Origin: Spirogloea muscicola
Lineage: Eukaryota
Assembly (NCBI GenBank): GCA_009602725.1
Contig: WELB01000014.1
Location: 374,600 to 394,599, forward strand
Direction: 5' to 3'
DNA: 20,000 nt
The notes below the pieces were generated by a model. It was not told where the DNA came from, did no database searches, and saw only the letters and a list, made by a program, of their open reading frames with translations. A program made the position numbers and the translations under genes. Every line of letters begins with the position of its first letter. Position 1 is the first letter of the stretch. This document shows, one piece after another, positions 10,005-20,000 of this stretch.

Positions 10005-10079
10005 GGTGCACTAGCCTTCTTCATGTACTCAAGCTAAACAAAGGTGCAGTAGCCTTCTTCAGGTACTCAAGCTAAAAAA
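10005..10079. repeat. 38-bp tandem duplication between the convergent 3' ends of ARIADNE and the kinesin
   Basis: ggtgca(c/g)tagccttcttca(t/g)gtactcaagctaaa(c/a)aa x2, period 38. Confidence 0.9.
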
Positions 10080-10183
10080 TTATGCTCTTAGTCGCCCATG
10101 TGTCCATCTAGACTCAGGCTAGCTTCCATTGACAGGAGGGTCTCGTTTAGCAATCAGGAGAGGATGTTTGCAGCCCCAATATA

Positions 10184-13100
10184 TTACACGAATGCTGTCA
10201 CAAGGCTCGGACGCCAGCAACTTGTGGACATTGTGGGTGCAAAGCTGAGCTCGAACATCTCTCGAGACGGCTGCTGCTGCATACTGCCGCTTAGGTTGAG
10301 GAAGCCCAGCAGCCCTGCAACAAGTTCAGCACTTGCGCGCGCCTGTGCACTGTTGGCTGGGTCTGACCAAAGGCGCGCCGCCAACTGCACCTTCCGCCGC
10401 TTGGACGTCGAGGAGATTCCCCACTTGGCATACAGCACCTCCCGTTCGCTTTTGCTGAACTTCCTTCCCAACCGCTTGGCTACCATATCCCGTTCCCGCT
10501 TCAGCTGCCGGGTGCTGGACCGAGCCGAATGCTAAGTGTCAGCTATTGAGCACATACATGACCCACTTGTCTGGGGCGGAAAGCCAGCATGATGCCCAAT
10601 GTCTAACTCTGAGGGGATGGAAATCAATTGCTGCCATGTAGAGCTCGCTCAGAAGAAGCCGACACTTGTGACAACAGCTGAAAGAGCAAGGCGAGAGCCT
10701 AACCTAGCGGCAATGATGCCGGGCTCCCCGTCGCCGTCCTCGAGGGCCTGGAGCATCTGGTTCTGGAGCCACAGGAGCCGGCGGTGCTCGACCTCCAGGT
10801 AGTTCTGGTCCGCCTTGGCGCCAGTGACGAGGAGGTAGAACTGCGAACGGTGCAGCAAGGACACCTGGCAGAGGGACCACAGCTCGATGATGGCCTGCTT
10901 CTCCTGCTCGAAATCAGGCGGCCCGGTGCACTCCTCTGGCTCCTCCTCCTCTGGCTTCTGGCTTGCCTCGAGCTCCAGGACCTGAGACTCGTAATGCAGC
11001 CACCCCCCATACAGGCGTCAGTACCACGAGGGCCACCAATCGATGAAGTTGTGGAGTCCCTCCAGCAATGTAACACCACTAAAAAGACGATTACAAGGGA
11101 TGGGCCCAGAACAGGCACTTGTATCCCGTCCAGACAGTGCTGGATGCTCACACAACTGCGTGTGTGAGCATCCAGCCTGCTACCAAGGGTACAAGCTGTC
11201 CACTGTCCACTGTCCATAAGCTGGCAAGGTTTGAGTGGCTTGCATACAAGTCTTTCTTTTTGGGGTATGAGACCTAGCATGCAGACCTTATGTCCAAAGA
11301 GCACGACTTGAGGCAATGCATATTGCTGCTCATCATCTGCACTGGCAGCTCAAGAGTGAGCTGCTCATTGCCTCCACCCAGCACACTGCCTGCTGCTACT
11401 ACTGTCAAGGAGAACATGAGGTTTTGGGGAGCACCTGGCAGACCAAGAGCTGCTTTTGGTAGTGCAGCTTGGCGACACGCTCTTTGAGCTCAGTCACGTA
11501 GTTCCGGATGCTCTTGATGTTCTCCTCGGCAGCCGTCTTGAACAGGCTCTGCATGCGGTGGACGTCCACCGACGTGCTCCGCACCACGCCACCCGAGGGC
11601 GACTGCGGCACAGCCTCCGCCTCTGCCGCCGACAGGGCGGCGCTGCCATTGATGCCGGCCCTGTCACCAGCCGCCGCCGTTGCATTCTCCTGGTCACGGC
11701 TGCTGGCAAAATAACTCCTGGGCGACTTCAGCCGCGAGTTGGCGCCGGGCCCCTCCAGTGATGCGCCCTGCGGCGACACCTGCGGCATGGACGCCCCTAT
11801 CGCACCCAGCACGTGCCGCACTGACGTCGCCGGTGCCGCCGCCGCCGCTGTGGTCGTCGGCGTCGGCTCCTGCAGCGAGGAGCCCCCATCTCTCAGGGCC
11901 TTGTGACCGGACGCGCCTCGCTCGTCGTCGCCCTGGTTGTCCAGGTCGCCGCACATGTTGTCCAGCGAGAGCTGCACGCTGGCCAGCTTCTCCTCGAGCG
12001 AGGCGATCGCCGCGTCCGTCTTCCCATCCGACTTGGAGATCTGGAGGCGCGAGAGCTCTTCTCGCAGCATCGAGGGGCTGTCGAGGTCGTTGACGGCGAC
12101 CCTGCTGGCCACCAAGCTGGGGTCTGCAGCACCGACTGCTGGTGGCGGCACGCCAGGGCCCTTAACCTTTTCGGCTTTCAAGGCCTGTATGTTCTTCAGC
12201 TCTTCCTGTAGGGGTTGAGAGGCACGCAAGACAAGAGCTGAGATTGTCAATGCAATCTGCAAATGCAAATGTGGAGAATACATCCGCAGATTGCACAACA
12301 CCGAGCCCAAAGTAAGTAGAAAGTCGTTTGCTGTAATGGAAAGAGGCACGACAAGCGCTTCCAATTGGATCTGCCTGCGGACATGATTGCAATCAAGTGG
12401 CACCACGGCGAAGGAAATGAGGAGGCGCAAGCCGGCTCCGATGACACACCTGGAGCCTCGAGATTGTGGAAGAGGCATCGTGGTTCATGCCCAGCTGCGC
12501 GAGCCGCAGGCACTCAATCTCCTTCTGCAGTGCCTCAATGGCCGAGCTGGCCTCCTCGCCAAGCTCGTCCTGCATGTGCTCCAGCTTCCGGATCTCATGC
12601 ACCAGGGCCAGCGAGGACTCCGCCCGGCTGCCGGCTGAGGCCCGCCGGGGCGGTAGCCGGCGCTTCTCCGCCGGCGAGTCCTTCTCCTTGTCGCCACTGC
12701 CACCGCCACCCAGCCCAATCTCCAGCAGGTGCTGCACAGGAGCCTTCTTGCGGAACGCGCCCGAGTGCCGCAGGAGCCGCCTCATGGACTCTGGCGACCA
12801 GCCCTTGCTGCTGCGGCTCCCCTTCACCTCCTGGTGTCAGGTGTCACCACTTTTTGAGATAACATCGTAACTCTCAGGCTCTTACTCACATGACAAGATG
12901 AGTAAGGCATGAAGAGGTCTGGGAGATACTTTGAGGAGGGTTGAGCCTTCACGGTGGCCCAGTCAGGATGAGCACTCCCAAACAGGGTCATGTCGAGATT
13001 GCTCTAAATAGCTAGAAGCAGTTCCGCCATTGAGCAGATGCAGTGGCACCAGCAAGCATTGCCAGGCAGCGAAGCCATGATGTATCAGCATCTTCTGCTC

Positions 13101-16100
13101 TCATGTTCGAAAGGCAGCACATTGGCGAGATAAGGGATGTATAGCGAGGAAATATGGACGCTTACAACAGATGCATCGCCGACTTTGGAGCGCAGGAGGG
13201 CCTTGGTAAGCTCCTTGACATGCGCCTGCGCTGCGTCGCGCTGGCTCTCTAGCTCCGCCTTCTCCATCTCGAGCTGCAAAAGCACAGCTACAGCTGCAAT
13301 GTCACAGGAGTTGAAGTGTGTCGGCAACTACTCTGAGCCCAAGCACAACCTGCTGAAAGTCAGATTCCATAGCTCTTGTCGCCGGACAAGCTGGTCAGCA
13401 ACGGACAAGGAGCACAGGCGCATTTAGGTCTAGAAGGTCGTGGACGCCATCGACTGCTTGGATAAGATTTGAAGGGAAGGCGTGGCAGGGCAGGCAGCAC
13501 TCACCTTCTGCAGCAGCACTGTCTTGTCCCGGAGCTCATTGGCTGGCGCACTAGCAAGCAACGCCACCTTCAGCCGCTCTACCTCACGCTGCAACTGCTT
13601 CACGAGCACCTTGTCCGACACAACCTGCGTGCAAGTGCTCCCGCAGCTCAAAAGGGCCTTCAAGACAAGAAGGAAATTTGCCGCTCTACCTCACTCTGTG
13701 GCTTGCATGCACACGACATTAAGGACAACTGTTAACAAACCCAGATGCAAAAGGGTAGGAGTGGCTTCCATGGTCTGAAAATGCTAACCAGGTTAATCTG
13801 GGCGCTGTTTGTGACCTCCTTGGCCTGCCTTGCAAATGACAGTGTGTTGCGCGTGTGGTCCACGTGACTTAGTGCCGGCGACATGGTGCACACAATGGCA
13901 GTGCGCGCATTGCCGCCAAGCGAGTGCTGCAGGATGCGTGTGAGCTTTGAGTCTCGGTAGGGTACATGTTGCCCCACACGCAACCGCTGGCCCCCGCTGC
14001 CACCACGCACGCAGCGTATGAGCAAGCGCCACCCCGCCGCAAGACATGCTCAGAGGCTCTCAGCATGAAACTGCTCAGTGGATGCATGGACACAAGGAGG
14101 TATGATTGCCAACTACCAAGTGCAGCGCATGTGCCTGCATCCTGCTACAGAGCTGGAGTCAGCATCACGAGCCCATCATCAACCAATGGACGCAGAAGGG
14201 TCTAGGCTTCATGTAGGGGGACTGAGGCTTTAAAATCTGGAGGCTGCGCCTGCCTCCGTATTGGCGGTGGTGAATGCAGATATTCATGGAGCAGGGGCTT
14301 AAGGTACAGGGTACAGATCCAAGATCAGGGTTCAGAGACCCGCACCTAAGCTTGCGGATGACCTGGCCAAGCGTCAGCAAGCTCTTGTTGATGTGCCCGC
14401 CCTCCTTGAGCCGCGCGCCCTCTGCCAGCGTCTGCGACACACGCTCGCTGCCCGCCAGGTCCACGAGGTTCTGCGCAAGCCCACTCAGCCCTCGAGTGAG
14501 GGCTTGAAGGCCATGAGGAAGCGATGTCCCCACAGTTGGCCCAGCAGCGGTGGTGCTGCCCCTTGCAGTCAGGCCCTTGGGGCCACAAACCTTGGAGGCA
14601 TCTAGCACCTGAGCATTGTGCTCCACAAGCGGCTGGAGTAGTATGGATCTAGGGTGAGGTCCTCGCAGGCCAAACCCTTTCGCTGTATGACTCACCAAGC
14701 TGGCCAGGAGCACCTGGCCTGATACACCATCAGGCGATTGTGTGGCCGTCTCTCGCGGGCAGCTCTCCACCGTCTGCAGTGCTCGCAGGGAGGCGGCAAA
14801 AGCCACCTCGTGTTAAGGGGCAGACGATGCCGAGTGACGTCAAAGAGCGCGCTACTTTCACACAGTAGCCTCGTGCGAGCAACTTCTCATAATCGCTGGT
14901 TGGGGAGGGAGAGCAACCACAAGTACCAGGCGTATGATCTGGTGAGAGCGAGAGCTTGTGTCGTTGAGCAGTGTCTCCCCAACCTGGCGCTGCGCTGCAT
15001 GCCAGCAACGAGTACCACAAGCGACCAGTCAGCCAAGACCAATTGATGCTTGCATTTCTGCACTATCTTGCCTGCTTTTACACGCGCCAGAAAATAAGCT
15101 CCCGGCCATACTCTGGGCCAATGCTGACAGCGTAAGAGTCGCGAGCAGAGAGACAGGAGCAGCAAAACTCACACTCGCACTCGGCAAGGACTTGCTGCAG
15201 ATGTGAGCTTGACTGGACCACCATCTCTGTCAGCCGCTCCACCACCGTCCCCCGCTGGACATGGGCCGCCGGCCCGCGGCACAGTCAGCAGCCAGCTGGG
15301 AGAACTCACCTTGCCAACGGTCCAGGTGTCGCAGGTGGCGGCACCTTGGGCGGATACGGGCAAGGGAAGGGGCCCTTACATCGGGGTCGTCGAGAAGGCG
15401 AAGGGGCCCACTGTCAAAGCTCAGCAGGTCCCGCACAACCTCATTGTAAATCTCAAGAGCTGACACACGCAGCAGGTACTCGCGGTGTGGCGTCTGCAGC
15501 CGCAGCGGCAGCGGCGGCGGGTCTCGCCAAGCGCTGTCAGGGCAACCGGCAAGGAGGGTGATGTGACGGCAAGACGGCAGAAGTAGCTCTGCCACTGTAG
15601 CAGGCGTGCATGATGCAGCACTTGCGGGTCAGCAGCGTAGCTTCGACCTCCTCGATCTTGGAAAAGATGTCGAGGACGGCGGCCTCCGTGATCGCCTGCA
15701 TTGTGTATGTCTTGCCACTGCTCGTCTGGCCGTATGCAAAGATGGTGGCTGCAAAAAAAGAAGATCAAGGGTCAGTGACCCACACACAAGGTGCAGCTTT
15801 GACAAAGTCGGCAGATGGGAGGGGTGGACAGCCACCGGCGCTCTTGCTGCCAATCAGCGCCCAGCTTTTCTTTCGGCGGTCAAGCTGCGGTCAACAGGGC
15901 ATGAAGAACGAGCGCGTGTAAGCCGGCACTGGGCATGCCAGGCGGGCAGAACCCAGCACAGTCCTCACCGTTGAGGCCGGTGAGGACAGACAGCACAACG
16001 TCGCGGGCGCCCTCCTCGTACACCTCCTGCGACGAGCACTCGGGCGCAAATACGCGGTCTGCATAGCCGCCAGCCACACCGCCGAGGCAGCGCCGCCAGC

Positions 16101-16625
16101 ATCCGACGGGTGAGTCAGCTTCAGCAGAGCCATCAGCGGCGCTGGCTGCGACCACAGCGATGCAAGCCCCTTCTTTGGAACACCGCCGTCGTACGGCAGC
16201 ACTGGTGTCCCGGCAGCTGCCAACGACTAGAGCTGCCAGCTGGCAGCAACGGACTGCCAGCTGGCAGCGACAGGACGTCTGCCTCTGTCACGTCTGAGCG
16301 GCGCAGCTTCAGGGCATGCCGCCTGCTCCAGCAAAGGGCCTCCGGCCAGGCCTCCGCAGATGATCCCCAAGCGTGCCGCGCTCTTGACGCATAGGTGCGA
16401 GCAGGCAATGCCCTCATGGCGGCAGCACGGGCTGACATGGGTGAGCTCACCGAAGTGGTAGACGGCAGGGTAGGGCAAGCGCTCCGGCAGGGGCTCGGTG
16501 AAGCGCAGCGAGTGCGGCGAGGGGCACTCCCACACGGCGCCGTCGCCGGCCGCCGCCTCCTTGGCGTTCAGCGGCCGCACGCGCACCGTGACGTAGATCT
16601 TCTCCTCCCCCATGTCCACCTTCAT
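10184..16625 (-). CDS. NACK1: Kinesin-7 of the NACK1/NACK2 (HINKEL/TETRASPORE) type, ~1009 aa
   Basis: 15 exons: 16625-16451, 16058-15969, 15748-15648, 15493-15380, 15254-15173, 14994-14927, 14773-14696, 14470-14346, 13996-13789, 13624-13505, 13273-13166, 12830-12450, 12205-11435, 10981-10704, 10514-10184. In frame (3030 nt). Motor motifs [40 protein letters not shown] and [18 protein letters not shown]-type stalk/tail motifs [69 protein letters not shown] and LYAKWGI. The true start may lie further upstream. Confidence 0.95.
16232..16267. repeat. Duplicated palindrome in kinesin intron 1
   Basis: gctgccagctggcagc (16232-16247, perfect 16-bp palindrome) and ctgccagctggcag (16254-16267), period 21. 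Confidence 0.8.
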
Positions 16626-16736
16626 TCCGCCGCCGCCGCCACCGCGGCCACCGCCGGCTCCAGCTAGCAGAAAGTGCGCACCCGCGCCGCCGCTGCCAGG
16701 GCTGCCGCCGCGGCGCCCCGGCGTGCCGTGCGCCGA

Positions 16737-16737
<1 letters not shown>

Positions 16738-16778
<41 letters not shown>

Positions 16779-16779
16779 N
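16738..16779. other. A41 run abutting an assembly gap (N at 16779)
   Basis: Homopolymer directly next to an N within a CCG-rich region; likely a contig-end artefact. Confidence 0.7.
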
Positions 16780-16902
16780 CGCCGCCGCCGACAGCTGTGG
16801 AGCTCCGCGGCGACGGCGGCGGCGGCGGCGCCTTCCAGACCGCCAGGCCGTCCGATCTCACGGCCTCCATGCCCGCCGCATATCGCGCACCGCCACCAAG
16901 GC

Positions 16903-16951
<49 letters not shown>

Positions 16952-16952
16952 C
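16903..16952. repeat. (GCG)n microsatellite, ~14 pure units, in the kinesin 5' region
   Basis: gcggcggcg... run seen directly. Confidence 0.9.
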
Positions 16953-17343
16953 TGTGGCTCAGCGCACACTGGCCCGCTCTGAGTGTCGACGAGCTGACCT
17001 CAACGGGGCCCTTCCCGCCAAAGCTGGCAACCCCGGAGTGCGCCGTCAGCGGCGCCGTCAGCGTCACCCTGACGCCCCCTCCCCTTCTCATTGGCGTGCC
17101 GCTGCTGCCATGAGCCTACCTCAAGGTGAAGCTCCCGAGGAAGGGCCGGCCCGCACTGTAGCCCCATGGCCATGAGCTGCAGCTGCTGATGCCCGCCATT
17201 GCTGGCGGCGGATTTGCCGACGAGCGCCACTTGCGGAGCGCCAAGGTAGAGGGAGATGGGGACGATAGATGGTCGCCATAAGCAAGCAATGACAGGCAGC
17301 AGGTGACTGCCATCCCATGGAAAGCGGAAGGGTGGCAAGGTGG

Positions 17344-19954
17344 TCAAGACTCCATGACGAGCTGGAACATGCCAGACTTGCACTCAGATGGTGACAAGAA
17401 GACGCACTTGCTGGGGCTGCCATCGTACGCCAGTTGCACGCAAGTGACAAGTTCGAGCCCAAGGCGCTCCAGAGTTGTCACTGCCGCATCGCGTAGGGCA
17501 CTGCCCTGCGCGCCTAGCCACCTGCTGGCGAAGGAGACAAGTAGCTGGCACACCCGCGGCGGCGCGTCTCTTGCACCCCACGCCTCGATCATCTCGAACT
17601 CCGCGCCCTCCACAGACAGCTTGAGCACGTCTACGCGGGCATGGCCAAGGCCAGCCATTGCTGCCGCCAGCGTCGTCACCTGAACAGCAACCTGCTCGGG
17701 CACCAGCTCGTATGGTGCCGCAATGGCCGGCAGTACTGTGAAGGTGCCCACTGGCCTCGCAGCTTGCAATACGGCGCGCGCAGTGGCGTTGCCGTCGTGC
17801 GCCCCCAGGCAGGCGTCGTGGATGACAACGTTGTCGGGCGCCAAGTGCTCGTCAAAGAACTGCTGAGCCCAGGGGGCGCCAAGCGGCGTGGCATCGAAGG
17901 CGTGCACAATGCAATTGTACCGCCCGGCAACTGTCGACTCCCAGGACAGGTCCTGACCGATGCCGCCTGAATACACGACACTGCTGTTGCCAAGGAATCC
18001 CTCGAGGAAGGCTGGCCATTGACCGGGGCCAGAGCCCAAGATTGATGCGGCGCCCAGGAAGCCGCGAAGGCAGATAAGCTCCGGCGTCGGGCCGTCGTAG
18101 GCTGCTGCGGCGCCCTGCAGGGCTGCCATCTCGAAAACGCACCGGCCGTAGCCACGCCCATCAACATCGCGGCGCACTGCGGCGGCCTCGGGGCCGGCCG
18201 CTGCATCGAAGATTGCCTCCCAGCCAGCTTCCCACGGCCCACGTGGATTGCACAGCTCCACGCCGTCGCCGCGGTAAGCCCAACCGCCGTCCGCGGCGCG
18301 CACCAGGGCCAGCGCCTTGTCGCCAACCGCCACTGGTTTGCATGGCCGGCACTTGGCGCCGTTCATGAATCCCCGGCTGCTCAGCGACACAACTTGCACG
18401 CCAGTTGGACGCAGCGGCCAGGCATACCGCCGCAGGCTCAGCACGCAGAAGGGCAGGTCAACCTTTGCAACCGCCACGCCACGCACCTCCAGCTGCGCTC
18501 GGAATGCTTGCTCCGAGTTCAGCGATCTGTAGCCAGCGCGCTGGATCTTGGGTAGCAGGCTCAACCGCGCCAGTGCAGCGCGGCTTGTGTTCATGTCTCC
18601 CATGCCAAAGCGGTCGTTGTAGCCGCCGTAGCTGCAGCCATGCGGCACACTGTACTTGCGTGGATTGTACGCCGCCAGCGTGTGTGGTGGTCCCGTCCAG
18701 AATGTGTCCACACGTGTACGCAGCACCCAGCTGTAGCTCACCCCAGCTGCTGCCTCGCGGTCGCTGATAAGCTTCAGGCAGCCCTCAACGAGGTTGAAGT
18801 ACTGCAGCAGGCCCTGCGGAGGCGCGGCAGGCAGGCATTCAGGGACAGGGCGAGCGGTGCCAGATGAGCAGAAAATATACAAGAAGGCACTCCAACCCTT
18901 AAACCTCGACATCACACATAAACATGCTCGTCTCAGGTCATTTGTAATAGCTTCAGGGCATTGTAATTGCCTGACTTGAACACAATTGCATTGTGAAGAC
19001 CTGTACGAATCTGAAAGATCTACAGCTCCTGCTCCAAAGCCTCAAGCGGAACCCTTGTGCTCCCAGAGTAAGAGCTCAATGTATTCGACCTGCAGGCCGT
19101 TTGGGGACCCTGACGCCCTGAGCACGGCCTGTGGAGCGCCGCGGTGCCCAATGGGCGTCTGCGCGAAGAAGCGCAGTGAGACGAGGTTCTGTGCGCCAAG
19201 CAGGACAGTCATCTTGTGCGTGTTCTCATCCACCGGCACATTAACGAGGACGTCAGCAGCCTCGAACGCACGTAGCACATGCTGCTTGATGGTGGGCCCA
19301 GTGAGCTCAAACATGCGCGCCCCGCCAACAAGACAGATGGCCACCCTGTTGAACTGCAAGAGGGCGCGGAAGCTGAAGCTGTTGAGCTACTTAGCATTGT
19401 TAAGCAATCAGCCTCAGGTGAGGCGACTGCTCAAGCTGCGCAACTTCAAAGAGCCGAGCGTGCCGCTCTGCCGAGCCGCTCCAGCCGCTCCGAGCTTAAC
19501 ACGCCGGCAGCATGCAGGCCTTTCTGCCATGCTAGCATCAGGTGGCGACAAAGGCAGACTCCGCTGCTCACCTTGGCGCTGTGCACGGCGGAGACGCGAT
19601 CCTCGTCCAACAGCGTGGGCTCATAAGACGGGCAAGGCGAGTCTGCGGCGTCACGCGCCGCCACTCCCAACGACGCCGCACCGCTCGCCTGCGGGACGGG
19701 GGCCTCCTTCTGCTCAGTGTAAGCTGCACCGGAGATCGTCCAAAGCTGGCAGGGTAGCTGGTGGTCGTCTACGGCGGCACCTGCACGTCGTCGGCGATGA
19801 GGAAGTATGGCAGGCCGGTGGCGGCGGCGATGACGAGCAGCGCGGCGCAGGCCAGCAGGCGGGCGCATGTGGGGCCCCCGAACTGCAGCCGCAACTGGGG
19901 TCCCACGGCCGCCGCCGCCGCCTCCTCCGCCGCCTTCGCCACCGCCGCCGCCAT
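17344..19954 (-). CDS. Type II membrane protein: plant uncharacterised conserved domain fused to a C-terminal METTL24/FkbM-like SAM methyltransferase (~681 aa)
   Basis: Exons 19954-19781, 19709-19572 (alternative acceptor 19745), 19353-19090 and 18813-17344. N-terminal TM helix LLACAALLVIAAATGLPYFLI. Conserved plant motifs RVAICLVGGARMFELTGP, SPNGLQGLLQYFNLVEGCL, WVLRTRVD, GGYNDRFG, LNSEQAF and GAKCRPC. Methyltransferase motifs VVYSGGIGQDLSWE, CIVHAFD and TTL...LGHARVDVLKLSVEGAEF. Confidence 0.85.
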
Positions 19955-20000
19955 CCTCTGGCTCGCAGCGCGCGTCACCGCAGGCAGGCCTGCCGCCGCC

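Noticed and set aside
16738..16779. Poly(A) as a retrotransposon or retrogene tail
   Set aside because: It abuts an assembly N, no target-site duplication or element body is visible, and the neighbouring gene has introns.

Overview
Gene-dense, GC-rich, intron-rich eukaryotic nuclear DNA. It is most consistent with a streptophyte green alga or early-diverging plant (inferred from the plant-type NACK kinesin, ARI8-like ligase and a plant-specific DUF family). There are three assembly gaps (N at 457, 3989-4115, 16779). Five genes can be rebuilt by hand from phase-consistent GT-AG introns: a partial maspardin-like alpha/beta-hydrolase (-), a DUF4336 metallo-beta-lactamase-like protein (-), an ARIADNE RBR E3 ligase (+, 15 exons, ~648 aa), a NACK/HINKEL-type kinesin-7 (-, 15 exons, ~1009 aa) and a type II membrane protein that fuses a plant uncharacterised domain to a METTL24/FkbM-like methyltransferase (-). 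The top lead is the apparently empty region ~835-2195. It hides a spliced plus-strand gene whose exons are split across or missing from the ORF track. Its joined exons give a small OB-fold-like protein with SDGTH...GxxG...YLQV motifs in the order and spacing of the TPP1/Est3 telomerase-recruitment domain, a factor not clearly identified in plants. That call rests on remembered motifs and needs a profile or structure search.
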